A stretch of DNA of 63,984 nucleotides, the filler included, from Hyphochytrium catenoides (lineage: Eukaryota; Protista; Hyphochytriomycota), in NCBI GenBank assembly GCA_900088475.1. It is 11 parts of 11 records of this genome, joined end to end, with 100 filler letters (N's around TTAATTAATTAA, not from the genome) between each part and the next. Parts side by side here need not be neighbours in the genome. Positions count along the whole stretch, not along the records: positions 1 to 28,402 come from FLMG01000561.1; 10 more parts are not named here. One strand, 5' to 3'. Shown here in pieces: positions 12,501-24,695 of the stretch. Made by a program: the position numbers and the translations under genes. Within the stretch, counting starts at the first letter, position 1. Each line of letters begins with the position of its first letter. The notes under the pieces were generated by a model that made no database searches, was not told where the DNA came from, and saw only the letters and a list, made by a program, of their open reading frames with translations.

Positions 12501-15500
12501 CCTGCTTCATGTTCGGTTCATCCTGTTAGCGGTTGTGCAATGTTCGAGGTTGCTGACCTAACTACATTTGTTCAACTCTCGCACGCTTGCTCGCTCGAAT
12601 GTAAAGGATGGAGAGTTTCTTGCAATGCGCCAGAACCGAAGATAGAGATGAGCGAAAGCGTTCTCTGAGCTTTCTTATCAATGACCTGCCTTGGACTCAT
12701 AAGCCCCTTATGGAGAAGCTTTTCCATCTATTAGCCAGGTAAATCCCACAGCCAAGTCGCTCTTTCCTCCACCTAACTACTCTTTAAGAATCATTCGTTT
12801 CATTTCCTCACTTTGCTTCCGCAGTCCTTCCTCTTGACTTGTCCTACCAAGATTGCAGGATTCAGTTGGTGTATCTACCTGTATCTGACTATCACACCAT
12901 CGTTCATACTCCAATAGGGCACTTCAGCCAGAACTCTCACAGAAAAGCGGTGTCACCGTCGACCACCTGGCTTCCATGCTCGCCCCTGTAGTTCTTAGAC
13001 CCAAGCGGATGTTCCACTACAATGAGTTCGATGACCCATCTCTCAGGAGGTAAGCCGCAAAAAGGCTAGATAGAGCCGATTGCTCCTCTTTGTCTCGTGG
13101 CTACAACTCCCTCCTTGTCCGTTCTCTTGTTTACTAAGTGCTTTACCGTGTCCCTCTCTGGCTGCATACCCGTATTCCTTCGTCCCTCTCTTTTCGTTCC
13201 CCATTTCTCCATACCTCAAGAACTCGAAGAGCTATTCTTAAGAGGTTATTTGACTCTTTAGGTTCCCTGTCGCTGGGAATGGCCCCATCAGAGAGAGACT
13301 GAGAGCAGAGATGGCTAGAGCCCACCGAGGAGGATACGGTACTCCCCTACTCCTCAATTTCCCTCCTCTTGTCATCCGTTGTTCTGGTCTATACCTTCAC
13401 TGTTCTCTTTCTTTGTTCACTAAGCTTCAGATGTTTATCTGTCTATCTCTTACGCCGGAACAAACTGTGTCCCCATCCGTAAAAAATGATATCATGTCTT
13501 CCATAGGTTACGATGCTGATCGGTTATATTCAGAGGTCCGTTCATTGAGGGCCAACCAGCGCCAGGTGGAAATGGGTGCAAAGCTAGTAAAGGCAGTCCT
13601 TCTGGACCAAGCAGAGGTACGGGAAGCACACAATAACAGAAGCAGGAGAGAATGCATACGGAGGAAAGAGTAGAGGTGGCAGGTTACGCAGCTAGGAGGA
13701 ACTTCCTAGAAATTGGAAGGCAACATTGCTGCTAGCATAAGGTCCTGGTGTTGCATGATCCCTTACCTCGGTGTGTCGAATGACTCCACAACGGCATTGG
13801 GGCCGTCCTAATCTGACATTCTCATACTTGGTTTCTCTGCTTCTCTGTCTTTCCTCTGCTTCTTCGGGACTGCAGATCTTCGCTGACTTCCGAGTTGAGC
13901 TTGAAAAGCGTCGGAAACTTCTGGAGCTAAAGGTCAACCGCCTGGAACTCATTCCAGAAGATCAAAGCAAATCAATAGATCTCAGCGATGCCGAGGTAGG
14001 TTCGAGGTCTAGGCTTGGATTGTGGACACAGGAAGCAAGAGTCTCCAAAGCGCATGGAGCCATACGTAGGCAGGCAGTAAGCAAAATAGGGAGATGGAGA
14101 ATAGAGGAAAAGCAAAAACAGAGAGAGCAACGGACAAGACAGAGAGTGTTGAGAAACAGGAGACATCCTGTAAAGTGATTGTCATAGACTGACCTTCACA
14201 CTTGGGCACTCGTCTAGCACGTTTCGCTTTTGAAGCAGCTCTGGGACCTCTTGCTTCAGCCAGGAGAGAGTGAGGCGGACGCAGAATTGAAGGAGGCAGA
14301 TTATCTCGCAGAAAGCCAGCTGGCACTCCTTATCAACGCTGCGACCTCACTTCAGGGTATAGGCCTTTGTTAATGTTGTAGCTACATTGGCTTGACGGCT
14401 TAACCTATTCCGTAACAGATGGTCAGCAGCCTTCTCCATCAGATGTGGGTCTGATTCTTCGGAGCCGGAGGTGGAAGACGAGCGGGTGGCACACGGAGGA
14501 TCCCATGGGAGGCTTTCGAGGAGGGGGACTTCTATCTCTTAAGGTAAGACCTCTTTTCTGCTGTGAGGATATGGGGGAAGTGGGACGTGCTTGAGGGCAG
14601 TAAACTGCTGCAGTGGCCGAGTCAAGTAAGAGGAGGATCTCACCAAGTTGATATTTTCATAGTGCATGGTCTACTTCCTCCGGGAGTATCCTGAGAAGGC
14701 AAAACAGATGATGCAGCGCAACGCCGTACCTGGAGGCACGCGCTACCCATTCCCTGTCGCTGCCATCAATGTGATGAGGATGCTCTCCAAGTTGCTGCTG
14801 CTCGACCAAGTAATGTCACTAGTACCATCTCCTGTACCATCTCTTTTTCATCTCTGTCATCCTTGATTTTCGAGCCTACAAATGTTCCTGAATCCTCCGC
14901 TCATGGAAGTTGCTTAACAATCCATCAGCGCACCGAAGCCTTGACAATCCACTCGCTCAATCTTCATCTCTTTTTTAAGTGTGCTGGCCTACGCGCAGTT
15001 GCTTGAGAAATATCGCTAAATTTACATCTACTTCCCCAGAACCCTAGCTCCCCAGCTTCGCGTCTGCTGCTTCATAGTGAAGGCGGATCTTCCGTTATTC
15101 TCGAGCTCCGTGCAGCAGAGGCAGCGTCCCGCGCACCGTTCTGGCGGCTTCTTGATGACTCCGCAGCTTTTGAAAAGCTGTTTTGCATGGCTTTTATGAT
15201 CCTGGATCTACATTGGGTGAGTCACACCTCTTCCGAGTCTATGCTAATCCCAAAGAAGGAAGACGATTTGTTTCTTGTTTAGCGCAGCCCTTGGTGTCTA
15301 AGCTAATCTTACGTTGCCGTCATGGCCAATTCGACGAATATGCAGGTCCAGAGTGGGGCCACACAGATGGGTTTTGCTCCAGTTTTGGACTCGACTCGGC
15401 GGCAGTTGGGTTGGCTGTTGGAGAGATGCCCAAAGACAGTCGATGAGTGCTGGGAGGATTGGATGAAGGTAGGACAAATGCCTTCTCCTCCTCCATGCTC

Positions 15501-16233
15501 TTATCTTCTCTCTGTCTAGGGCACTTCTTACGTTTGTCTCTCTCTGATGGACTCACAGTCTCGTTGAAGTGTCTTTCTTTCTTACACCTCATTCTTATAC
15601 TCAGCAAACTTTGGCCATGTCATCATAAAAAATAACGTCATGAGGCTATGAACTTCTGTTTGAGCCACAATTTTCTCCCTGCGGCGGCCGAGTCTTCTCA
15701 CTTCCACTGCTATTGCATGTGTCCCACCTCCCTGACCTTTCCTTTTCTCTCAAGTCCATAAAGAAATTCTCTTCATGGTCCTAAGCTTGCGGAACTCTTT
15801 CAGCTTGCTGCTGCTGCTTCCTCCTAATCCACCGCTATCTTCTTCCCTTAACCCTCTTTAACTGCTATCAGGTGCGAGAAAGGGCTCTCAGCGGTGGTCA
15901 GCTGTCCGCTGAGGTGTTGAAAGGGAAGCCAAAGACTCTAGAGCCAGCGGCCATTGACGAAGACTTGTTAGCAACTGTTCTCCAACAAAGGTCTCAAGAA
16001 GAGCTTGAGCGAGACGAAAAGAACCAAGAGGAAGATCTACAGGCTGAGGACCTCACACGTAAGAGAGTGCTAGTAGTAGAAGGCCCACGTTGATTGCGGA
16101 CCAATAGCTAACTCCCTTCCCGGTTCTTTTTGGCTATCTAGCCGTGGCAGACAAGGTCTCTGGAGGACCATTGGCCTCAGATGGCAGCTTCATCATCGAC
16201 GGCACCCTAAGAGTAGCCGCCGCAAGCTCATAG
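9581..16233 (+). CDS. Multi-exon RUN + RhoGAP-like + ELMO/CED-12 domain protein
   Basis: ATG in caccATGG context at 9581. RUN: ALCSSIDRCCSHGLK, EGRARAFIRQALN, YYTEFALM, GLDGLNFAF. RhoGAP: VFGSPL..GVPDIAEACISYL..PGLFQ, DPHEVVSVLLQFLWELPDPLFT, HLASMLAPVVLRP. ELMO: WKTSGWHTEDPMGGFRGGGLLSL, YPFPVAAINV, FEKLFC, GATQMGF. GT-AG boundaries keep frame where checked; stop TAG at 16231-16233. Confidence 0.8.
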
Positions 16234-16790
16234 TCAGCTTCACCTTTGAGATCCATGTCGAGACCAGCCACCGCCCTCCTTGCCTTTCCCCTCCATTATT
16301 GTCCGTCTGTCTACATTTTTCCATAGCTGGCAAGCTCCAGCTCCATAGCAGTTCTATCCTATCGATTGCCATTGGCCAAGAGTGACACATGGCTGTCAGT
16401 AAATAAAATCTGTTGGTGCTCCCAGCGCTGATATTCCAATTGTTAGCGACATGAAGGATATGTTTGAGCCTCTTGCTGAACGTAAATTTCTCTCTTTACT
16501 CCTCTCCCTAAGCGCACGTTACCGATTCTTTGGTCTGCTGTGCTCCCTTTATTGACATGCTAGTATTCTGGTCATCTGATGCCCCGTTCACATTCTGCCT
16601 CCTATGAAAAGAGGGATCGTTTGATCCATAATGACAAGAAGGAGCAGCGCTGACAGTTGATGGCATTGGTCTCTATCACAATAAATATCAAAAGTTATCT
16701 TGTCTCTTCTCCCGTCTACGATATCTCCTCCCCACAGTTCCAATGGCTGTACACCTCTCTCTCTCTCTCCCTACTCCGCTAGCTCCCTTT

Positions 16791-19427
16791 CTAACCCATC
16801 GCAGCTCGATTCTCCATCACTTGCACCTGAGTCTGCTTACAGACAGAAAGCAGGCGAGAGAGCTGTGTTCTTGGGCTAACAGCAGCAACCTGCTTATCAA
16901 TCACAGGCTCTCCTCTCCATGGCTCCCTCCTTCTACCTAATTCCTCTCTTCTTGGCTTCTTTGCCTCTACAATCGCCCCGGGAAAGGCTCTGTAAGGTGT
17001 CCTAAGAAAGACTTGCGAGTCGACCTTATAGGAAAAGTGAGAGGGCGAGAGATTGATGGACGGCGGAATGATAAGTGAAGGAGGCGTAGGAGAGAGGTTG
17101 AAGCCATTGTACGGGGATAGAGCTGTTTCGTCTTCATCAGAAATAGGAGAGTGACCTATAGGAGAGGAAAAGAGCTTAACTCCTTCCTTCTCCTGCTCTC
17201 TTTTCTTAGACGACGACGAGGACGACTGTTGAGCTTCCCTGGCACTGTTTCTCTCTTCTATCGCCACATTTGCCAGAGTGGAAAGATGTCCCATGATCTT
17301 CAGGCTGTCCTGGTCTATTGACCTCCGAGCAAGTCCATCAAATACACAGATTGCTCCAATTATCTCTCCATTCCTCTTTCCCGAAATGTCTTCTACCAGG
17401 TGAGTTCCCGCTAGGAACCGGATAGAGTAAGGTGGCCGTGAGAGACCTGAAGATCTTGTCCTCTTGTCTTGGAGAGTATCAAAAATGATGACCCCCTGTC
17501 CATCCGCACCTTCTCTCTCACTCCCTGCGCTTGCTCCGCGAGCCTCTCTCCCTCTTCCAGCTCTGATAATAGAACCAAGCATCTCTCGCACTAAGGCTTT
17601 AAAGGCTCTGTCTTCCTGCCACTGTTCTCCCGCTAGTGGCGTCTGACCCTGCTTTCCTGCTTTGATCCATAGCTCAGACAGCTCTGGCTGAGCCCAAACT
17701 GACTCATTCCCGAGGGAGACTCTACCAAGAGAAGAAGGCCGAAGAAGAAGAACTGCCGCAAAGTCACAGTGCAAGACTTCAGCTGCCAGGTCACAGAGGA
17801 GCTCGTAGATGTGCTCCTTCTTCTGCGTTTTCCTCCGATCTTTTCTCTCTCGGAAAACATCGGCAAGTGCAGTATCGACCAGAGTGGAGGGTGTCGCGTT
17901 CTTCTTCTCCCCATACCCACTTTGTCGTCGCGCTCTTTGGCTTGCGCTGTTGAAAGCGTGTCCGCTCTGATTGTCGCTATCTTCAGTTTTCTCCGGGATC
18001 GTTTGAGGCCCGCCAGCGCGGCTTGTAGCTGTGGCAAGGGAATGACCTATTCTTCCTCCCATAGAGTAGAGTCTCTCATCTTTCTTCGAACTTCCTTGAT
18101 ACTGCAGAGACACCGATCTCCAACCTCTTCGTCTGTCTCTCTTGCGATCTGCACCGTCTAAATCTCCTTCCTCCCGCTGAGTACAGCGAAGGCAGAGACG
18201 AAAGGGAGATGGGGACATTTTTGGCGGGACAATGGCTTCCAGGAACCTGGAGCACTTGGCGCAGATCACTTCTCCACATATTCTGCAGTGGTGCTTCCTT
18301 CTCAGAGAAGAGAACTTCCTGAGGCAGAGGTAGCAGCAAATCCTTTCTCCATCACTTACCCAGGCGGAGGGAGATGACAGTCTCTCACTGACTCTTCCAA
18401 TGCGAAGTGCACTCTGGAGGCAACCCATGGCACTTGCAAGGGTAGAAAGGCCCTCAGACTGCACTCCTGCCAAATGCGTGCCTTCTACTGTCCCCACAAA
18501 GTCTACCCTGATGATCCTCTTCTTGTTCTCCTCTCTACCCTGGGGTGAATCTACGGTGTCATAGACAAAGTAACCGCTCTTCTTCAGGTCTAGTCTTGCT
18601 TGTCCGGCCCCTCTTCTTCCCGGTACTCCTAGAACATCAATAGGACCGTCCAACGATTGCACGATCCTCACAGCTGACAGCCAGTAAGGTGCGTCCTTAA
18701 GATGTGCAAGTACGCTTTGCATGTAGTCTGGGGGAGGAAAGCGGAGAGTGTACTCTAGCGTGGCCAGCTCATAAGTCCCTCCTCTGCCTTGGAAGAGATT
18801 ATAATAGATACCAACACTCTCTTCTCTGTCCGTCAGCCTCTCGTGGACCGCCTCTTCTCTATGAACCAAATTGGGACTTCTGCCGAGTGTCAGATCTCTT
18901 AGAAGAGTCCCATACACGTGGCTGCTGCCGTACAAAGCTTTCATTCTCAGGTTTAGCTCCTCAGAGGTGTTTGGGCCGAGGAATTGGATCACTTCCTCAG
19001 CAGAGAATGCGGAAAGAGAGGTTGAGGCCTTGAGACAACCTGCCTTGTAACGCCTTTGTCCTGGTTCTTTGACCTGCAATTGCCATAATGTATGATGAGA
19101 GTGAATTTTGTTTAAGGCCCAATGATTGTTAGCGTTGTGATATTCTTGTTCCTGGACAAATGCCATCGCGAGCCTTCTCGCGCCTTGTAGCAGAGTTTCA
19201 TCCGAGTCTAGCGTACTCAGCAATGAGCCCGAGCCATCGTCGCCAAGCCCTGACCTTGGAATGGAGGGATTATTGGGGGACGACGATCCGTGCCTAGAAG
19301 CCGTGTCTGGATTCGGCTTGAGTTGGCTTGGCGAGAAGAGAGTTAGGTTAACTCTCGTTGGCCCTGTCATTGTTAGATCAAAGCTACCGCAGCCAGCGGA
19401 TTGAGTCCTAGCTGGTTGATCTTGCAA
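16791..19427 (-). CDS. Single-exon FYVE zinc finger + GAF domain protein (possible START-like N-terminal region)
   Basis: 878-aa ORF. FYVE signature WVSD..CYLCLRKFSSLRRKHHCRICGEVICAKCS..RLCLRC. GAF-type segment IIFDTLQDKR..PPYSIRFLAGTHL..IIGAICVFD. The exact start is uncertain (TTG at 19427 or a downstream ATG, MTGPT). Confidence 0.85.
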   Translation of the reverse strand: MQDQPARTQSAGCGSFDLTMTGPTRVNLTLFSPSQLKPNPDTASRHGSSSPNNPSIPRSGLGDDGSGSLLSTLDSDETLLQGARRLAMAFVQEQEYHNANNHWALNKIHSHHTLWQLQVKEPGQRRYKAGCLKASTSLSAFSAEEVIQFLGPNTSEELNLRMKALYGSSHVYGTLLRDLTLGRSPNLVHREEAVHERLTDREESVGIYYNLFQGRGGTYELATLEYTLRFPPPDYMQSVLAHLKDAPYWLSAVRIVQSLDGPIDVLGVPGRRGAGQARLDLKKSGYFVYDTVDSPQGREENKKRIIRVDFVGTVEGTHLAGVQSEGLSTLASAMGCLQSALRIGRVSERLSSPSAWVSDGERICCYLCLRKFSSLRRKHHCRICGEVICAKCSRFLEAIVPPKMSPSPFRLCLRCTQREEGDLDGADRKRDRRRGWRSVSLQYQGSSKKDERLYSMGGRIGHSLATATSRAGGPQTIPEKTEDSDNQSGHAFNSASQRARRQSGYGEKKNATPSTLVDTALADVFRERKDRRKTQKKEHIYELLCDLAAEVLHCDFAAVLLLRPSSLGRVSLGNESVWAQPELSELWIKAGKQGQTPLAGEQWQEDRAFKALVREMLGSIIRAGRGREARGASAGSEREGADGQGVIIFDTLQDKRTRSSGLSRPPYSIRFLAGTHLVEDISGKRNGEIIGAICVFDGLARRSIDQDSLKIMGHLSTLANVAIEERNSAREAQQSSSSSSKKREQEKEGVKLFSSPIGHSPISDEDETALSPYNGFNLSPTPPSLIIPPSINLSPSHFSYKVDSQVFLRTPYRAFPGAIVEAKKPRREELGRRREPWRGEPVIDKQVAAVSPRTQLSRLLSVCKQTQVQVMENRAAMG

Positions 19428-20018
19428 TGCCGTCGGGTTCCTTAGCGGTAGACTGAAGCGATGTAGACACTCAGAGCTTCATCTGAGAGTTTCTGAAGAG
19501 CAGAAACTACTGGGAGAGAAATCACGAAGAAAAATATAGCCGGAGATTCCGCCGTGCAAGGATTATAGCGGCAGAGATGGCGGGAGTGGGCTTGAGACTC
19601 AGAGGCACTGATCGACAAATGAAGAGAAAGCACTGCAACAGAGCTGCGGCCCCAAGGTTGCCCTCTCTTTTTTCTAGAGCTTCTTGCTCTTCCCAGATCC
19701 CCCAACTTTTTAGATCCAAACCGAGCAAGCGACAGGTCACGTCAACTGTGGAGCCAGAGAGGATAGAGACACCGATGACGGTAGAGACATAATGTCGGAA
19801 TTGAAGACAGAGAGAGATGAGAGAGACCTCAGGCCGTGCCCGATCACGGTCAATGTAAAAACTTCTAGCTTCAGACGTCGCTGTCCGCCACAGCGGCGGC
19901 TGGGCAGTGAGGGAGGAGGTGGTGGTGATGTCGGAAGGGAAGAGAAGCCGAAGAGGGAGGGGAGCGTTGCAGAGGGAAAGAGAGAGACAGATAGAACGAC
20001 TACAGAGGCAGAGAGGAC

Positions 20019-20078
<60 letters not shown>

Positions 20079-21949
20079 CAGAGGCAGAGAGGACCACAGA
20101 GAGAGAGAGAGAGAGAAAGAAGAGAAGAGTTTTATTCGGGCTGGAGAGTTAGTAACAGAGCACGAGAGAAAGAGCTGGAACAGAGATATAAAAGCGATAG
20201 CTTATTGCGTTATCATTGCCGAGACAGAGCAAAAAGGAGATGGCAATAATGCTATAACTGCTTGAGAAGCATGAGTCTAGGCGGCGAAACCTCAGGTCAT
20301 AGCAGTTGTGGAAAGGCATTCTTTTCGGTCTAGTATCAGGTAGGTATCGCATCATTTAGCCCTTTCCTTATAGTAATACGGATTATGTTTAGGTAAAGAG
20401 GCTTCCATTAAAATGCTGTAAAAGTGTTGCTCCATGGCGGTCACGGTAAGCAGAAGAAGAGTGGACGAATGTATCCGTGGACTTTGTGAGTGATGGAGGA
20501 ATAGGATAGAGTTCCGTCTTGTTGTGCCGCCATACTCGAAGCAAATTTGGTACTCTTTATTCTGAACCCTCATTAACAATGCTGCGTTCATTCGGAATCC
20601 CTGATATTGAGGTTTAGGATGCAGCAAAAAGCCGTTACAGTGTGATGATGCAATGCCGCAGGGAGAGAACGAGAGAGAGAGAGAGGGGGAGAGAGAGAGA
20701 GAGANNNNNNNNNNNNNNNNNNNNNNNNNNNNNNNNNAGAGAGAGAGAGAGAGGCACGGAGAGGGGAGAGGAAGGGAGAGAAGAGACAATGAGCACTGTG
20801 AAGCGACGGTCTGAAAGGGCAGAAGTTCTGAATGTTCGCAGCCTCTTTTCCTGTCACCAAGCAGTTCATCCCTCGTCCTGCCCTCTCCGTCACTGCCAGC
20901 CTCCTTCCTCCTGTGGCCCTTGTCGGCCTGTCTTCATCTGCCCTTAACCGCCACCCTAGGGAAGTCGAGGGTTGTACGGGGCGTGGGGGGACCAAGAAAT
21001 GGCAACAGACAGGAAAGAGATGGAAGAGGTGTGAAAAGAATCTGGCTGTTGAGGGAGGAAAGGGACAGTTTTTAGAGAAAAGTACTTTTGAGCCAGCGAG
21101 GTGTCCTCTCACCTTTCTTCAGCATCACCTGATGTCATAGGGTAGTTGATGGGCCAGTTGCTGACCGTCTACCCAGATGATCTAGTAAAGAGTATCGGCA
21201 GCAGATTGAAGTCAGTACCTTGATCAGTACTCGACTGTGCGTCTCCAACGACGACTCTCCTCTCCCACGGAAAGGTTTGTTTCCTTTTTATAAAGTGCCT
21301 TGACATCCTTGCCTTGACAGTCAGAGGCGAAAGCCATCCATGTTGTTACCGGCCGCCGCGGAGGATTCACTCGACAACCGACAAGAAACAAGGTTTTGGA
21401 AACTGCAGTCTTTTTGAGTTTGAATCTGTGCTGATGGTTTGTCCTAACCTGCCTAGTAGAGCGTTTCTCTTTTCAGTTGGTCGTCTCTGACCAGTGGCAT
21501 AGAGGTCTTCTCCCTGCTTGCACGCACTCAATAAGTGGATCAGAGCGTCTTGATGCCTGTGCAAGTAATTGATAATCCAAATGTATGTACTACCGAGGGC
21601 AGTGTGCGACTTCGCACCATGGCCAGATGGTAACGGAACAAGTAAAATTATCTTGTGCGGCATTGAATGTAGTATACGACCATGGACTGTTAAGGCGAAT
21701 GTTACCATCTCGATGGGCAGTGTGGTCGGGAAACCGCTATCGCCATCCAGGAGGCACAGAAGGTAAAGGGCTGACTCCAATTTTGAGAGTCGCAGCCTCC
21801 CAGCATCCTTGTCCTCGGTTCAGAATGAAGAGATCAGCCAGTTTAGGGGGAGGTTGAACAATGCTCGTCTTCCAGGTACTCCACTAGCGAGCCCATTAAC
21901 TGTCCGCTCTCTACTTCAGTGTCATAAGAAGCATATATATCGTATGACA

Positions 21950-23899
21950 TTAGCTATGCTGCCCTAGAAGTCGATTTGCTGCGCTCTCTACATCATTCCT
22001 AGTTGCGCGAAGTGCCCGGATGGCGCTGTCTCTATCAAAGCCCATAGCCTACACATGCCTTCGTGTCAGAAACATCCTTCCATGTGGGTGTGGGATATGT
22101 CATTCCTCTTTTTCGGCTTACCATCAGACTTTGAATGGCTTCCTCAGAAGGAGGAGGTGGAGGCGCTTGCGCCTGCTGGACGCGCTATGTAAAACGTCAG
22201 TGGCTGCAATCCCAATAATGAACAGGCCATCACATTACCTGATGTGTCCCGAAGCCTGCCATCTGTGCCTGAATATCTGGGGGGATCTGTAAAAGATAGA
22301 GTCATACACAAACAAAAGAAATGTACATCAACACGCCACGACAGGAAGACGGACACTCGTTAGGCACAAAGTATAAGTAGCGTAGGACGACTCAGATCCA
22401 GAAGCTCCACCTGGCCTAGGGTGGCAGCCTGCATTCTCTGCTGTTGAAGCTGCTGGAGTTGAATCTGACGCCGGCGTTGATTTTGTCTCTGCACGACACT
22501 ATACGGGGTCACTGCAAGGAGCCCATGGAATAGCTAAGAAGGCCCTTAGTCCCAGTTGCGTGATAGTAGCATCAGAGAGAACCTACCCCGAAAAAGGCGA
22601 TAATGAATCCAGGAAGACGGAAGCTCTGAAGGGGTAATACATCTGAGAGATAAACTTCACCAGCAATGAAGCCCGCAATACTTGGCACTGCTGATTGATA
22701 CCCATTAATGTAGACTAGCTATAAATAGAAGGACACACGGGATCGGCGTAACGTTAAATTGATGCTTAATGGACATAAAGCCACAAGCTCAGAGCCAACG
22801 AAGCGACTGTCTCGTACCCGAGGTGAGGATGGGAGATCGAAAAGTGAGAGATGAACCTAAGTTATCAAACGGCAAGCAAGAAGCTTCCAATGGCGCGGAC
22901 TAGGCAGTATTAATAGATCTAGAGGTAAAGATTGAGAGAGAGACTTACCATGACAGCGGTAAAGTACGTGCTGCTTTTCTCCGAAAAGTTGACCCCAGCT
23001 ACTGAAAATCGCGTAGGATGGAGCTGCGGTACTTTGGCTATGAAGGATCTAAAGTTAGCAATGCGCAATCCACCTAAAGTAAAGGAAAGGAGACTGATGT
23101 GTGCAGAGAAGAGGGCAATCGCACTAAATGTCTGCTCAGAATGCGATGGCTAGGCATCAGGCGGACAGAGAATCCATCCAAATTGCATTGAGGTTCCCAC
23201 AGAAAGTAGCTACTACCATGGAAGACCGCGAGCATGGCGAATATAAATGGCAGTGGACCGCTCTCAAGTTCCTTAACCCTTGGCACCGTGACCATGGTCC
23301 CAATCTCAAGGCTAAGGCTCAGCAGCCATGCCAAGAACAAAAACGCTCCAAACTTCTTGGATCCCATCTGATCCGAGCACATAGGCAGGCACAGTGTGTT
23401 AGCCAAGACAGGCGCGGTCTCTAGGACATAGAAGCCAGTCTCAACATTGCGTACCATTCTTTCGACAAATCTGAACTGGTAGAGCAGCAGAGTGCCAAAC
23501 ACCATGGTCCCTGGGCTTATGATAGAAACAAATGAGACCAAACAAGTGACTGCAGCCATAACGACCCCGCCCTATACTCACTGTTCGAAGACCAAGAAAC
23601 TGGTGACTAACTTCCATGCCTGAACTCTGAGCACTGAATCCAGTGCTAAGATTGGCCGTCAGTATAATATTTGTCATAAATGCTGATCTAAACGAGGAGG
23701 AACACCTACATAATCCCATAGATGTAATTGCGCTATCACTTTTCAGAGCCATCGCCGCAATAGAACCACCGACAGTGAGATACGTCAGCCCTAAACTCAC
23801 TGGAGCATTGTCTGACAGTACACAGAAGGGTCAGCCTCCTAAAGGTAAAAGGAAGCGATGCAAAAACGTACAATAACCCTGTAGATCAGGATGGCTCAT
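21950..23899 (-). CDS. UBAC2/Dsc2-like rhomboid-superfamily pseudoprotease with C-terminal UBA domain (multi-exon)
   Basis: Spliced reading: MSHPDLQGY|YNAPVSLGL; LLLYQFRFVERM|MGSKKFGAF; SGPLPFIFAM; GVNFSEKSSTY; PPPSEEAIQSLM|AMGFDRDSAIRALRATRNDVESAANRLL-stop (UBA with MGF motif). Stop at 21950-21952. Confidence 0.8.
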
Positions 23900-24064
23900 C
23901 TTGCCGTATGGTTGTCTTTCCCCTGTGTGAAACGAACCAGAATGTCCCCGAACGGAAGAGGTGACGCAACAGCGCGGAGGGTGAGAGCAGGAGGAGCTAA
24001 GCCCTCTCAGTCCATGTCCTGCCAAGCCCCGTCGGTTGGCCAAGTCTCAAGCTCTGTCGTCTAC

Positions 24065-24072
24065 AAACCCTA
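24065..24072 (+). promoter_or_regulatory. Telo-box-like motif AAACCCTA in the divergent intergenic region between the UBAC2-like and DCAF15-like genes
   Basis: acAAACCCTAgc, 166 bp from the minus-strand ATG at 23899; a single short motif. Confidence 0.3.
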
Positions 24073-24695
24073 GCTCGCGTCAAAACATCCGGCATCCAAT
24101 TACAGATCCAATCTCCTTCTTCCTCTTGGCAACTTTTCCGTCGCTCCCTTCAAACAGCTCCAAGGATCACCTGCAAAGATCACCTGCGACCTCGACGCAA
24201 GAGAGAGAGGAAGAGCTTTTCTCCGCCTTGGCCGCCAGATCTCTCCTGTTTTTATCGGCTTTTCTCTTCTCATCAAAGTCAAGCGTCAAGCCTCATCCTC
24301 TCGAGACAGAAAAAGATCTGGAAAAAGATCTATCGGTGAGAACAGATCAGTTATCTTGGCCCTCCGTCCAATTCCTGATTCTGTGCTGCGGATTCCGGAT
24401 CTCATAAGAAGCGGTATTTGTGCAATGCTTGGAATTTTTTGGCGCCAGATTCTGAAGCGCTGCGGGCGAAGCACACAGTTCTGTATTTATGAAGCTCTGA
24501 AGCTCTAAAGCGTCTTCGTCTCCTGCGTAAAGAAGACGTCTGCAGCTTACTTACTACCGGTGGATTATTAGGGAACGTGTGGCGCCGTATCTGCCCTTCA
24601 ATCCAACACCTTGCACTTAAACCAGGGCTTGAACATTCTTCTTTTTTGATGCCATCGGGGCCTTTGGAATAGGTCGAACTAAGCGCTCGATCAGA

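Noticed and set aside
21110-21900. Small spliced minus-strand gene downstream of the UBA gene
   Set aside because: Some splice-like sites but no recognisable motif or consistent frame.
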